From contig CAWJTV010000011.1 in the NCBI GenBank assembly GCA_963845755.1, positions 384,001 to 448,000 on the forward strand: a stretch of 64,000 bases of DNA, read 5' to 3'. Position numbers and translations under genes: made by a program. The notes below the pieces were generated by a model. It was not told where the DNA came from, made no database searches, and saw only the letters and a program-made list of their open reading frames with translations. Positions 12,701-23,898 of this stretch are shown one piece after another. The DNA comes from an uncultured Planctomycetota bacterium (GTDB lineage: Bacteria; Planctomycetota; Planctomycetia; Isosphaerales; Isosphaeraceae). Numbering within the stretch: position 1 is the first letter of the stretch; each line of letters opens with the position of its first letter.

Positions 12701-13990
12701 ACCAATCCTAACGCAACCCTCAAAAACATCACGGCCCTGATCAACTGGGGCGACGGTCAGTCGAGTGTTGGCCAGATCAGCAGCACCGGCGTGGCCGACA
12801 GCTACACCGTGACAGGTACCCACACTTATGCGACGGCCGGCACGTCCGGGTCTTTCTCGATCACGGTCACGATCGCCGATCCGAGCGGACAGACCGCCGC
12901 CGCCAACAGCACCGCGCTCGTCTCCACACCCACCATCGTGGCGACCGGCAGAACCTTCGCTGCGACTCCGGGGCAGTCGTTCACCACGACGGTCGCGACC
13001 TTCACCGACTCCAATCCCAGCGCCGTCACGAACCTGCCCACGGCCGTGATCACCTGGGGAGACGGACAGACCAGCACCGGGACGGTCACCGACAACGCGG
13101 GTGTCTTCACGGTCACAGGCACGCACACCTATTCCGCTGCGGCGCCGACGGGCTCTTACAACATCCTCGTCACCATCCTCGATCCCAGCGGACAGACCGC
13201 CACAGCCAACAGCACCGCCCTGTTCGTATCGCCCCTCTCCGCGACGGGACTCACGTTCTCCACCACATCCGGCGTGCCCTTCAGCGGAACGGTCGCCTTC
13301 CTCACGGACACCAACCCCGCCGCGAATGCCAGCAACATCGCGGTCGTGATCAACTGGGGCGACGGCCAGACGAGCCCCGGTGTGGTCAGCTCGACCGGTT
13401 CGGCAGGCACTTTCGCCGTGATGGGGACGCACACGTACTCGACCGCCGGCATCGCCACGACCTACCCGGTCACGGTGACCATTGTCGATCCGAGCGGACA
13501 GATGGCCACGGCCAACAGCACGGCGATCGTCGGGAATCCCGGGGCTGCGACCCTCACCGGCGGACTCACCAATCTCATTACGAACGGTCCGCACTCGGCC
13601 GCCGGGTTCACGAATACCAACCGGCCGACCTTCTCGGGAACCACCGCGCCGTTCGCGATCGTGCAACTGTACGCCCGCCATTTCAACGTCGATGCCGAGC
13701 TACCCCTGGGCGAGGCCGTGGCCAACGGTAGCGGCCAGTGGACCCTCACGACCGGACCGCTGGCCGTGGGAACGTACATCGTCACCGCCACGGTCACACT
13801 CCCCGGCAGCTATCCCAGCGGCGCGTTCACCCTGAAGAATCAGAACGGCACGGACCTGGTCTACATCGACCTGACGCCGAGACTCGTCCGATGGTTGTCT
13901 CATGGCCAGAAGTCGATCCCGCATACCAAGGTGCACGTCCCCCATCCCAAAGCGACGAAACCGCAGTGGGTGGGCCACCGCAGGAGGTGA
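9752..13990 (+). CDS. Large surface/adhesin-like protein: planctomycete export motif, 12 Ig/PKD-like repeats and a C-terminal bacterial Ig-like domain
   Basis: VERLERRTLLS motif; 12 copies of a ~100-aa Thr-rich unit with I(N/D/K/T)WG(D/N/G)G and G(T/S)(H/N)xY; terminal TNTNRPTFSGTTAP...GSGQWTLT Ig-like domain. Confidence 0.9.
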   Translation: MDFLTRHSHRKRGSNRGLATTVLVERLERRTLLSLQVGPITAVAGQTFNGPVATFGPNDLQGTLADFQATITWGGGVTPSSQGTITANAQGGYTVSGSNIYPEPGNYTLTVDVTGANNTSVQSSGPATVSDAPLTTSPVTIQPLVQTAFSGVVASFTSANPYANTSDFSATINWGDGVNTNTPGVISANNAGGFNVVGQFGGYQNVGTFPVTVTIKSPAGQTNIVNSTASVTALPITVYPIKVTAAVNQPVNGVTVASFVDPDVTDTASDFQASIDWGDGTTSPGTISGGTNGVYTVTGTKPSPYTAVGTYTVTTQVVRTATQQTASAAGQAVVSAVGPTLVPTGALLVEPAGVTFNDVQVGTFTDSKAGAQTASFSVAINWGNGQTTPGTATFVSSSGGVSLFSVTGTNVYTTPGTYNVTATVNDNVGDSTTIASTAVATGPVLTPISALIIATAGQPLPTTTVVGSFLDSNTADVPGNFTATINWGDGHTSQGTVTAVAGSPGLFTVTGTNLYTTPNTDTVSISVQNNQGQSTTIQSTAVVISPFLSATGTSFSTTPGVPLPSGTVVANFTDSNVNATAANITATINWGDGTTSTGKINLISSNGSISTFTVTGTHVYPASGTASSYPVIVTIDDPSGQTTSVTSTATVTTPIAASGTTFSVTPGQSFTQTVANFTDTNPAANASNITAVINWGDGQTSTGQISGSSGAFTVSGTHTYSTPGAASYAIKVTIVNPSGQSATANSTAIATAFINATGTTFTTTVGQTFTATVANFTDTNPNATAKNISALINWGDGQSSVGQISSTGVAGSYTVTGTHTYAANPATSGSFPITVTITDPSGQSAVANSTAFVAAPTIVATGLTFDAVPGQSFTTTVATFTDSNPNAVTNLPTAVIKWGDGQTSTGTVTYAAGVFTVMGTHTYSAPGASSTYPVTVTILDPSGQTATANSTAIIVSSYISATGTTFITSVGQTFTQTVANFTDTNPNATLKNITALINWGDGQSSVGQISSTGVADSYTVTGTHTYATAGTSGSFSITVTIADPSGQTAAANSTALVSTPTIVATGRTFAATPGQSFTTTVATFTDSNPSAVTNLPTAVITWGDGQTSTGTVTDNAGVFTVTGTHTYSAAAPTGSYNILVTILDPSGQTATANSTALFVSPLSATGLTFSTTSGVPFSGTVAFLTDTNPAANASNIAVVINWGDGQTSPGVVSSTGSAGTFAVMGTHTYSTAGIATTYPVTVTIVDPSGQMATANSTAIVGNPGAATLTGGLTNLITNGPHSAAGFTNTNRPTFSGTTAPFAIVQLYARHFNVDAELPLGEAVANGSGQWTLTTGPLAVGTYIVTATVTLPGSYPSGAFTLKNQNGTDLVYIDLTPRLVRWLSHGQKSIPHTKVHVPHPKATKPQWVGHRRR

Positions 13991-14077
13991 GCGGGTCCGG
14001 CCGCGGGTTCCTGGGGAGGGGTGTGCCGCTGTTGAGAGATCGAGCCGCGCCGCGATCGCTCGCGAAGGAGCCTCACG

Positions 14078-14564
14078 ATGGCCGACTCTTCGCTCCTCGT
14101 GCTCCTGGATGAAGTCCGGGGCAAGACGATCCGGCTGCTGAATGCCACGCCCGAGGCCGACGCGCGCTGGGCGCCGCCCGGCCTTCAGAACACGATCACC
14201 TGGCACGGCGGGCATGCGTATATCCTGCTCGAATGCCTGACGATGCGGGCGATCGGGAAAGCGCCCCAGGTCCCCGACGGCTGGTTCGCGATGTTCAGTT
14301 GGGAGAGCCGCCCCGATCGAGTGCCGGCCGACCACTGGCCGGCGCTCGTCGCGGTGATCGAGCAGCTCGAAGGTCAGCACGAGCGGATGCGGCGGCTCAT
14401 CAACAAACTGACTCACAGCCCACCTGGACCGGCCGTCGGCCCACCATCCCGACGAGACCGTGCGCCGCGCGATCGTTCATGCGCTGCACGACGAGGCTTG
14501 CCACTGCGGCGAGATTCACCTGCTCCGGAAACTGCGGGGCGTCGGCAGGCCGCGGGCGGAATGA
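14078..14564 (+). CDS. DinB/YfiT-like family protein (frameshift ~14420)
   Basis: NTITWHGGH and, after a frame switch, HALHDEACHCGEI: the His pattern of DinB-like four-helix proteins. Confidence 0.75.
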
Positions 14565-14644
14565 CGCGGACCATGAGGAACCGACCTCTCCCGCGATGCC
14601 GCCCATCGGTTCGATCGGCTCAGAGACTGTCTCGGAGGGTCTTT

Positions 14645-14710
14645 GTAGGGTGCTCTGTGAGCACCGATCCGGCGTACTTTGCCGAATTCGGTGCTCACAG
14701 AGCACCCTAC
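14645..14710. repeat. GTAG-type REP inverted-repeat pair (REPIN-like) between convergent genes
   Basis: gtagggtgctctgtgagcaccg ... cggtgctcacagagcaccctac, a perfect 22-bp inverted repeat. Confidence 0.85.
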
Positions 14711-14742
14711 GAGACGGCCGATGAGGCTTCCGGGACAGACTC

Positions 14743-16099
14743 TCATTCGTTGAAGAGCATCTTGCGAAGCCTCCTGGCCCGTTGCCTCTGATTGTACGAA
14801 AGCCCTTTCCGTTCACTGAGGGAGTCGGGCTTCCCGGTTTCGCGGGCCTTGCGCACCGCGGTCAGCAGCGGTTCCTCATCGTTGATGAGCCCCAGGAACT
14901 CGAAGGCTTTGGCCGTATCCTCGATCGCAACATGGCCGAGGATTTTCTTCTGACCCTCACGATCGAAGTCGAGGCTCCGCGCCTTCATCTCGTAGCCGTC
15001 TGGGAACATCTGTTCGCCCGCGAACTTCCACGCGCGTTTGACCGCTCCCCAGAACCATGCCGTTGGTCTCGATCAATTCACCGGGTAACCGAAGCCCGAA
15101 TTCGTATTGCGGAGCTCCGCGGAACACGAAGGCCAGTGGGACGTCGTAAAGCCCGATCATGCGCAGGAGGAGCGGCCCAACCTGCTGCTCGAGTTGCTTC
15201 GCTTGTCGCTCATCGGGCATCAGGAGGGTCGGGGACTGTTTCACCCGCTCGATCAAGGCATCCGCTTCGGTCCGGGTCAAGGCGGTTCCATCACGGTGCC
15301 GGACCTGTTTCATCACCACACGGCCGAGGAAGTCTTTGAACAGGCGTTCGGACTCCTCATTCGAAGCCATCGCTCTCCTGGCATCCCGAAAGTCGAACCC
15401 GATTCGCTGGCACAAGGCCGCCAGGCGGCCCTCCAGCTCGGGATCGATCGTGCCATCGCCGCCCACGATCTGACGCCGGGCCGTCGCGTCGTACAGGATC
15501 AGCGAACCGTCCTCGAGGAATCGACGGAAATCCGTGCGGAGATAGCTCGCCAGTCTGGAGACGTCGTAGGTCCGGTCGAATTCCTTCTCGATCGATTCGA
15601 TGGCCAGGGGAAGGACGAGGTCGAGCAGCTCACCGCGCGCCTCGAGGAATCCGGGCAGGGTCACGATGTTGGTGATCTTCTCGCTCCAGCGGTGCTCGAC
15701 GACGAAGCCGTAGTCTTTCTGCTCGTAGGTCCGTCGAAGCTCGCTGGCACCCACCTCCGGGGCCGTCGCAGCCACATAGCGATAGTGCGGCGGGATTTCC
15801 CGGGGAGTGCGGAACGAGCCGCGCGCGATGAAATACTTGTTCTTCCCGGCCGAGGCGCCGGATGGGGACGAACCCGGCGGCCCGCTGGCATCGACGACGC
15901 TCTTCCACCGGGCGATCCACTCCGGCTTGAGCGCCTCGTCAGGGAGAAATTCGTCCTTCGGCTGCCAGATCGTCCGATCGCACGAGCCGTCCGGGTGAAC
16001 GACCGTCTCGACGGAGAACGTGGCGGGGGAACCGCAGCCGGTGGCGAGGCCCGCCAGTAAACAAGCGGGCATGAGCCACGGAAGCCATCTGGCGATCAT
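14743..16099 (-). CDS. Hypothetical lipoprotein (frameshift ~15040)
   Basis: GGAGG before ATG; lipobox LATG-C; ORFs 14957-16105 and 14743-15009 join. Confidence 0.7.
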
Positions 16100-16188
16100 G
16101 ATCAACCTCCCGGGCTACCTCAACCGCGGCAGAAACCGGGAATGGAAATACGAAAGGATCGATGCGAGGACGAGTGCGGGACATGCGC

Positions 16189-17164
16189 CTACGGCCGCTC
16201 ATGGTTGAGGATTCGCCTCAACTGATCGATTGTGATATTCCCGCCGCTCAAGATCAAGCCGACGGATTTCCCGGCCAACTCGTCGCGCCGCGCCATGGCG
16301 GCGGCGACGGCCGCGGCACCGGCGCCCTCGGCGACCTGGCGTGCGGTCTCGAGGATCAGGCGGATGCCCGCGGTGATCTGCTCGTCATCCACGAGCACGA
16401 TCTCGTCGACCAGGCGGGGGAGCAGGGCCAGGGGCATCTCGAATGGCTCGCGAGTCGCGAGTCCCTCGGCGAAGGTCGTCACGCTCTCCGTGACGACGCG
16501 GCGGCCCTCACGCCAGGAGCGATAGACGGCCGGCGCGCCCTCGGCCTGCACGCCGACAACCCGGATCGCCGGGTTGACCGCGCGCGCCACCACCCCGGCG
16601 CCCAGCACGCCGCTGCCGCCGCCCACCGGGACGAAGATCACATCCAGCTCGGGGACGGCTTCGAGTAACTCGAGCGCCGCCGTACGCGACCCCGGCGACC
16701 AGGAGCGGCTCGTTCGACGAGTGGATATAGCGCATGTCATGACGCGCAGCGTATTCCTCGGCGGCGACGCGGGCGGCGTCGAAGTCGCGGCCGGTCTGGA
16801 TCACCTCGGAGCCCAGGGCGCGCGTCGCGGCAGCCTTGAGCGGATTGGCGGCCTCGGGCATGAAGATCGTCGCCCGGACACCGAAGAGCCGCGCGGCATA
16901 GGCCACCGACTGGCCATGGTTGCCGGTCGACGCCGCCACCACGCCCCTCGCCCGCGATTCGGGATCGAGCGACGCGATCAGGTTGACGCCCCCGCGCACC
17001 TTGAACGCACCGGTCGGATTGAGATTCTCGCACTTGAGCACGGCGCGGCAGCCCAGGGCCGCGGCCAGGCACGGAGGCTCCAGCACGGGCGTCCGCGGCA
17101 GATACGGCGCGATCGCGCGGCGGGCCTGGAAGACGTCGGCAAGTGTGGGGGTGGGCCAATTCAT
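16189..17164 (-). CDS. Threonine/serine dehydratase, PLP-dependent fold type II (frameshift ~16690)
   Basis: KCENLNPTGAFKVRG, ASTGNHGQ, VPVGGGSG, EGAGAA and ILSGGN motifs. Confidence 0.9.
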
Positions 17165-17188
17165 GAGAGTCCTGGGTGAGGTTTGTTT

Positions 17189-18643
17189 TCAAGCCGCGAT
17201 CGAGGTGAGCATCGGACTCAATCTGTCGATGCCACTTCTCGAGAACTCATCAACGAATTGCTGGGCCTGTTCTTTCGTTCGTTCTTCGCCTTCGCGTCGG
17301 ATGCCTTGAGGAGAGACTCGGTGTCCTCTCGCCATTATTGAACGTTCGCGCGTAGCTGGCGATCAGCGAATCGTCGGGCGTCAACCGTTTCGCTTCATCA
17401 AGGAGCTTGCGGATTTGTTGGGGTTTGGAGCGACCGAGATTCCAGCGAGAGATCGCCTGCCATGAGAGGAGTGCCGCGCGAATATCCGGCGGCTGGGATT
17501 CCGCTCCAGCGCCAGCGTACTCAAGTGATCGCACTCCGGGAAGTCACCCGACTTCAACGCCTCATGAGCGAGGAAGTAGTAAGGATACGGATCGGGGGAC
17601 TGCTCGAAACGAATCGCCTCGCGGAAGTCGGCATTCGCGGCATCTCCGGGATAGGTCATCATCCCTCGGAGGACGTGTGGGTAGGGAGAATCCGGACGCA
17701 GCTCGATCCAGCGGTCAGCGTCTCCAATTGATTGTCGGCGTCCTTCGATTCCGCATAGGCGACGAAGGCGATCATGAAGGCGAGCTCCATCCAAGGCGCG
17801 ACCACCTCCTTCGCCTCGGATGCCAGAGATCCGATAAGACTTCAAGGCCGATTCGAAATGCTTGAGCAACTCGACTCGCCGTCGCTTCACATCGTGCTCA
17901 TCCATGCCGCTCATGTTCTGGCGATCTCCATGAGCATGCCGTTGATGACGTGCATGGCGTTGACGGAGGATGGCACGCCAGGATTGTTCACAAGCTGGTC
18001 TTCGACAATCGACCAAGCTTCCGCGTGCCGTTCTTCCTTGCCTAGGCTGTCGAGATAGCAGGACAAGTAATTCGGATTCTCCGGATTGAACTGCCAGGCC
18101 GTCGCGGTAGAACAACGAAGCGGCTCGTTGCCGTCCCAGGACTTCGCAGCACTCCGCCCATTCAGAAGCCATCTGATCGCGGGGTATCAGGTAGGAGTGT
18201 TCCCTCAAGATCTCGATGACTTCCTGGGCGGCGGCACGATCGCGCCCCTTCACAGCCCGCTTGTAGGCGATCTCGACCTGACGGCGATACCTCTCGGCAT
18301 AATCCGGCGTGGATCGCTCCTTCACGTTCTTGAGGAAGGGTGGATACAGGTGTCGAACGTTCGAGGGGAGGCGCTTCTCCTGGATTGTCTTGCAGACTCT
18401 AGCTGCCTGCTCATAGCGGCCGCCCTTGTAGTAATGGGTCGCCGCCAGGAAACGAGCCAGGTCCCGCTCGGAGGCCTTTTTCAGACTCCCAACGGCCGAT
18501 TCCATCATCTCCGCGGCTTGATGGAAGAGAGTGCTCGCGCGCGGTGTATCCCCAGCTTCCAGGGCGATCTGCGCCTCCAAGCCAATGCGCGTCACCTCTC
18601 CCTGCTTACCGATGGCATCGAGGACGGTCATCACCGCGTTCAT
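17189..18643 (-). CDS. TPR-like helical repeat protein (several frameshifts)
   Basis: TPR-like segments (FLAATHYYKGGRYEQAARVC; ANADFREAIRFEQSPDPYPYYFLAHEALKSGDF); start overlaps the upstream stop (ATGA). Confidence 0.6.
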
Positions 18644-19312
18644 TTCTTCCTGTCCTTGGGACGTTTCCTCGTGGTGCTCTTGCCTCTGGCTGCCGGATCA
18701 ACGAAATGCAAATAGGTGTGGGCCACTCCGGTCCGGCCATGCTGGAACGTCGTGACCGAGATGAACCCCACTCCGCGAACACGTCCGCCCTGCTTGCCGA
18801 GACGACTTGATGCCTTGCCCGCAGTTCCCGATCTTGATGCCGCTGACCTCGACTTGGACGGGTACCGGATGACCGGCGATTTTAACCAGGTAATCGCCAC
18901 CCCCTCCGATCTGCACGACCTCGGTCAAGATGCCCTCCTCCAGCTCGTGGATCAAGAGCAGCATGACACCGATGGCGGCGTGCTCGGTGATATCCTGTTC
19001 ATTCAGTCGGCTACGGACCCACTCGCAGTCGTCCACATGATCTGGCAAATTCGCCCAACCGATTTCCCGGATTTCCTCCCAACGAGTCTCCCCGAATTTG
19101 GGGCTGATGCGATCCAAAACCACCGCTCGTTTCAGAATCCCTGATGAAAGCGGTAATGGGTCTACAATCAGGCGGAGGATGATCTTGGTCCCAAACTCCT
19201 TGAGGAGTCCCGGCAGGTGATGCCTTTCATCGATCGTCGCAACCTCGATGGTCGGGCCGATGACATTCGCCCTGGTCTCTCGCGATTCGCCCGACGGTTC
19301 CGCGGTGGACAA
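18640..19312 (-). CDS. Hypothetical protein with possible PD-(D/E)xK-like nuclease motif (frameshift ~18820)
   Basis: TEHAAIG...GGGGDYLV...VQVEVSG pattern; continues in the 18640-18900 frame to a stop overlapping the next ATG. Confidence 0.5.
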
Positions 19313-19418
19313 TTTGGCTCAGCCCTTCCTGAATGTTGAGTATACCAAAGCATTCCCTCTCTGAAGGAGCAGGGTTTCATCTTGCCTATAAGAAAAGCGA
19401 GCTCGACAGACAACCCTA

Positions 19419-20892
19419 TCACTTCGCCACCACGAACCGATCGACCTCCTCTCCTTTGGCCGAGACCTGGCGGACGGTGAGCCTGGGTCCGTCGAGATCT
19501 GCGACGGTCAAGGAATTCACCTGGGACAGGAACTTATGCGTGTAGGGCTGCCAGGAGGCGGGATCGTTCTGTTGGTCGGGGTTGTAGAGATTGGCCCCGC
19601 CTGCGCCGCTGATGATGTAGATCACGCCGCGGGGGTGGGTCTGGGTGCGACCGTCGTAGGTCGTGTCGAGGGTCCAGTGGCCGGGGACCTTGTCGGCGTC
19701 GCGGATCGGTTTGCCGTCGGGCCCCCGGTCAACGCGGAAGGTGAGCGGGAAGGTGCGCTGGTAGTTGTGGACGTGCCCGCTCCAGACGACGTCAACCCGG
19801 CCAGCCTCGAAGACATCGGCCAGCACGCGCCATCCGCTGGTCACCGAAATGGGCCTGGGAGGAGTTGAACGGAGGATGGTGAAACGCGACGAACCGCCAG
19901 GTGGCGTCGCGGGCGGCGGCCAGGTCGCGCTCGACCCACGCGCGGAGATCCGGGTCGGTCCAGTCAACGTACGGGTTGGAATCGAGGACCGTCCAGTGGG
20001 CGCCGCCGTAGTCGAACGAGAAGGTCGCCATCCGCGGATACGCCGGTCCGGCCGCCTGGAGAAAGGCCGCGCGATTCGCCTCGTTGGCGACGAGGTTCGG
20101 GACCAGCCGGCCTCCCTCCTGGCCCATCGGCCCGTTGAGCGGCTGGTCCCAGTAGAGGAAATAGGCCAGGCCGTCGGGGTACTTGTCCAGGTCGCGACCG
20201 GCGAGGTCATGGTTGCCCGGCACCCCCACGAAGAGGGTCGATCGCAACAGCGGCGCACCGGCCGTCAGCGCAGCGACGTCCGAATCGTAAACCGGCCAGA
20301 ACTTCTCGCGGTACTCGGAAATCCGGCCTCGGGTGTAGACGATGTCGCCGGCGATCAGGACGAAGTCGGGCCGAGCCTGGTACGCCTGGTAGGCCACGGC
20401 TCGCTGATCGGCCGTGCCCGCCGCGCAGTCGCCGAATACCGCGAACCGGCAAGGCTGGCCGGCCGCCTCGGGGGCCCGCGCGCCGGCGGAGAACACCGGC
20501 TGACCCCCGCGTCGGACCTGGTAGCCGAATTCGCTCCCCGGCTCCAGGCCCTTCAGGGTCGCTCGATACACCCGATGCGGTGCGACGCCCAGCACGGCCA
20601 CCCGGCGCATCCAAGGCGCATCGGCAGCCTGCCACGGGCCCTCAGCACTGACCCGGTACGCGACCGCCCAGTCCGCATCCACATCCTCGGTCTGCCAGAG
20701 CAACCGGAGGTCCCCGGCCACCCCCCTTGCCGGCGCGTCGCCGAGTTGCAAGTAAGGATGGACCACGAACCCATCCGGCAAGACCCCACGGCCGGGGGCC
20801 GGGAGGTCGACCGCGAAGTTGCAGCACCTCAGAGACGTCGAACCGACCGCGAGCAATCCGCACAGGACGATCAGCCAACGCTGCGCTCTCAT
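19419..20892 (-). CDS. Secreted metallophosphoesterase, purple acid phosphatase-like (frameshift ~19830)
   Basis: FGDC, GDIVY, PGNHD, FHHPP and SGHVHNYQR motifs; N-terminal FN3-like region. Confidence 0.88.
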
Positions 20893-20919
20893 CCGGCGAG
20901 GCCCCCAGGTGCGAGGTGA

Positions 20920-21003
20920 TCTTGGATTTTCGATTCTCGATCTTGGATTGAGTTACCTTTTCGGGTCTTCAATCCAAAATCTCAAATCCCCAATCCAAAA
21001 TCC
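20920..21003. repeat. Heptamer short tandem repeats in inverted arrangement
   Basis: gattttcgattctcgatcttggattg ... caatccaaaatctcaaatccccaatccaaaat. Confidence 0.7.
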
Positions 21004-21006
21004 ACG

Positions 21007-21738
21007 TCAGCCTGAGGACCGACGACCCCGGGTGCGAGCGCGCCAGAGCCCGATTCCGGCCAACGCCGTCCAGACCAGCAGCGAGAGCGGTTCGGGAGTC
21101 TCCGCCTGAATCGTCACGGTGCCCGTACCCGTGCCCGTGCCGCTACCGCTTCCGGTGGCCGGCACGATCCCGTCGTACTTGATCTGGATGAACGAGATCG
21201 GCTGAGTCAGGCTGACCGCCGGGTTGTACATCGTGAACTGAGGAATCGTCGTGGGCGGATTGCCACCGAGGGCGGACTGGGCAAAAGGCAAGGAGAAGGT
21301 GAGGCTACCATTGGCCGGCAACCCCTGTCCGTAGAAGCTCAATCCCAGCGCCTGCGAGGTAATCGCCGTGCCGTTATCGGGATTGTTGCCGATCTCGGGC
21401 GACAGTTGCTTGGGGTTGTTGAAATAGAACCCCGTCGAGTCGGAGAAAATCTGGAGCACCGGGTCATTGGTGCTCGGCGGTTGGACGATGGAGGGGACCG
21501 AGACCACTCCCACGAACTGCGGCGTGGGCGCGGTAGAGCCCGGCGCAGGCGGGGAACCCGACACCGGTGCGATGGCCTGGGTCGTGGTCAGGGTGTATTC
21601 CAGCGCCTCGGTCGTCGTATTGGCCGTCGTGGAGTTGCTCGTCAAGCTATCGGCCTGGGTGGACATCGGCCGTGAACCCAGAGCGAAGGCCAGAACAGCC
21701 GCCAGAACGATCAAGGGAGTGGGACAACGACGTAACAC
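21007..21738 (-). CDS. PEP-CTERM sorting domain protein
   Basis: AAGGAGG before GTG 21738; signal peptide; C-terminal TPEPLSLLVWTALAGIGLWRARTRGRR. Confidence 0.85.
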   Translation of the reverse strand: MLRRCPTPLIVLAAVLAFALGSRPMSTQADSLTSNSTTANTTTEALEYTLTTTQAIAPVSGSPPAPGSTAPTPQFVGVVSVPSIVQPPSTNDPVLQIFSDSTGFYFNNPKQLSPEIGNNPDNGTAITSQALGLSFYGQGLPANGSLTFSLPFAQSALGGNPPTTIPQFTMYNPAVSLTQPISFIQIKYDGIVPATGSGSGTGTGTGTVTIQAETPEPLSLLVWTALAGIGLWRARTRGRRSSG

Positions 21739-22514
21739 GGCAAGTCTCCTCCTTGAACTCTCTGCCAGATACGGGAAATCCGCGAGTCCTTTCGTCGCGT
21801 CCGGGCAGGGCAACGCGTTTCCTACGCATTCTGCCCCGGTGCTCATCCTTTCCCAGTCCATTCGGTGCCATCTCCTCCGACGTCACCCGGCCGAATTCCT
21901 AAACGGCGGTGGACGACGTCGCTGAGCGGTTGTAAACGAATCGGAGAGACGTTGTCAGATTCCAGTTCCCATGAATGTAATACCCGATTATAACGAGACT
22001 TACATCCATTTTCCATCTTGAGCCTGTGATGAGGAATCGATTCTTTCACAACCTCCGAGTTCCGGGGTTGCCCCGGCGGAAGGATCCGCAACGCTCCGCA
22101 CGCAGCCCGTCCGTTCCCGGCATCTTGCGGATGCTCGATCGCCAGGACGCAGTCTCAAGCCGGGGGAGAGTGACGATCAGAGGGGTGGCGACTTCGGCAG
22201 GCAACCTCCAAAACTTGAGGGCCGCATTCTGACCCCATCCCCCAAATGGGTCAAGCCGGATCGGCGTGTTTTCCGTCGTGCTCGCTCGCACAGTAGGCAG
22301 TAGGTAGTAGGCGCTCGGCAGTCGGCAGGGATAACGAATACGAGCCGGTCTCAATCCCGTTGTTTCCCTATTGCCTACGGCCTACTGCGACCACGGCCTA
22401 CTGGTCGATCCTGCCGCGATGCGATAGTCTGAATCGAGTCGAGTGGAAGGGACCGGGCCGGCATCGTCGAATAAGGACGGGGCGCTGCTCGTCTATTCCT
22501 CAAGGGGAGAACGT

Positions 22515-23108
22515 ATGCTCGACGCCCCGACGACCGGTGTGGAGACGCCCGATGAGTTGCTGGTGCGGCGTGCCCGAGAGGGACACGGCCCGGCGTGCGA
22601 GGAGTTGTTCCTCCGCCACCGCAGCGACTCGTACCGGGTGGCCTATCGGCTCTTGGGGCACGAGCAGGACGCGCTCGATGTGGTTCAGGAGGCGATGCTC
22701 AAGGCCTTTTCGGCCCTGGGCGATTTCGACGGCCGCAGCGGATTCCGAACGTGGCTCCTGAAGATCGTCACCAACACGGCGCTGGACTGGGGACGACGGC
22801 GCAAACGGCGTCTGTGCATCCAGATCGGCAATGGTGACCCTGACTTCCGGTTGGAGCCGGCCGCCGAGGACGACCCGGCTCGGCAGTTGTACCAGCAAGA
22901 CCTCCGCCAGGCCCTCGACCAGGCCCTCAACCACCTGACCCCGACCATTCGGACTACGTTTGTTCTATTCGCTGAATTGGGAATGAGTTACAAGGAAATT
23001 GCCGAAGCCCAAAGCGTACCGATCGGCACGGTCATGAGCCGGATCCACGCCGCCCGTGAGAAACTCCAGGCGGACCTCGACTGGAATCGGCTAAACGCCT
23101 TGGAATAA
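22515..23108 (+). CDS. ECF RNA polymerase sigma factor
   Basis: DALDVVQEAMLKAF, FRTWLLKIVTN and MSYKEIAEAQSVPIGTVMSRIHAAR (regions 2 and 4). Confidence 0.93.
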   Translation: MLDAPTTGVETPDELLVRRAREGHGPACEELFLRHRSDSYRVAYRLLGHEQDALDVVQEAMLKAFSALGDFDGRSGFRTWLLKIVTNTALDWGRRRKRRLCIQIGNGDPDFRLEPAAEDDPARQLYQQDLRQALDQALNHLTPTIRTTFVLFAELGMSYKEIAEAQSVPIGTVMSRIHAAREKLQADLDWNRLNALE

Positions 23109-23192
23109 GTGGCAAGTGGCGAGCCCATAAATAGTTCGGACCGCTTTCTGCTCGCCGGCCACGGGCCAATCATGAGAATTAGGATGGTTAAA

Positions 23193-23873
23193 ATGCGTTG
23201 CGATGAGGTGATTCGCGAACTGGCCGCTCCCACGGACGATCGGGATGGGACCGCGCTGGCCGACCACCTGGCCGGCTGCCCCTCGTGCTCCGACTGGGCG
23301 CGGCAAGCCGCCCAGCTCGATCAGCTCTGGGACGCGACGCGCCCCTCCGAACCTTCGCCCGAAGCCTGGGGCGCTGTCTGGGCGAATATTGCCCAGTCGC
23401 TCCCATCCCCCGCGGCCCATCGCGACTCCACGTCGGCCACCGCGCACCCGTCCCGCAATGGGACCGCGCCGAAGGTCCTCACTCATCCGGTTCCCACACA
23501 CGTGGCCAATCCTCCACGCACCTGGCGGATGGGGGCTGTGGCGTTGATGGGTCTGGCGCAGGCCGCGGCGATCCTGGTCGCGATCGGATTGGCCTGGCGC
23601 GGCCAGCCATCGGCCCCGAAGTCCCAGGAGATCCGGGTGGCCCAGGACAAGACCCCGTCGCCTCCTCGCGCGCCCTCGGCGATTCGCGTGGATTCCCCCG
23701 TGAGGGTCGAGGCGAACATTGAGGAAGGGCGTCTGCTGGTGATCCTCGCGGACGGGCCCGTGCCCCAGGTGATGGACAAGACCCCGACGGAGATGGCCTA
23801 CCGCGTCGATTCCATGCTCTTGATGTTTAACGAGCTCGAATCGCTGGGCAATCCCAGGATCGCGTCGCGATAA
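23193..23873 (+). CDS. Putative anti-sigma factor (zf-HC2 plus transmembrane helix)
   Basis: HLAGCPSC zinc motif, a single TM segment, and position directly after the ECF sigma gene. Confidence 0.8.
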   Translation: MRCDEVIRELAAPTDDRDGTALADHLAGCPSCSDWARQAAQLDQLWDATRPSEPSPEAWGAVWANIAQSLPSPAAHRDSTSATAHPSRNGTAPKVLTHPVPTHVANPPRTWRMGAVALMGLAQAAAILVAIGLAWRGQPSAPKSQEIRVAQDKTPSPPRAPSAIRVDSPVRVEANIEEGRLLVILADGPVPQVMDKTPTEMAYRVDSMLLMFNELESLGNPRIASR

Positions 23874-23898
23874 AAAGGAAGTGGCGAGGAGCGGAATC

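Noticed and set aside
14078..20892. Cluster of pseudogenes or programmed frameshifts
   Set aside because: Single indels in otherwise intact, unrelated genes without obvious slippery sites are best explained by long-read errors.
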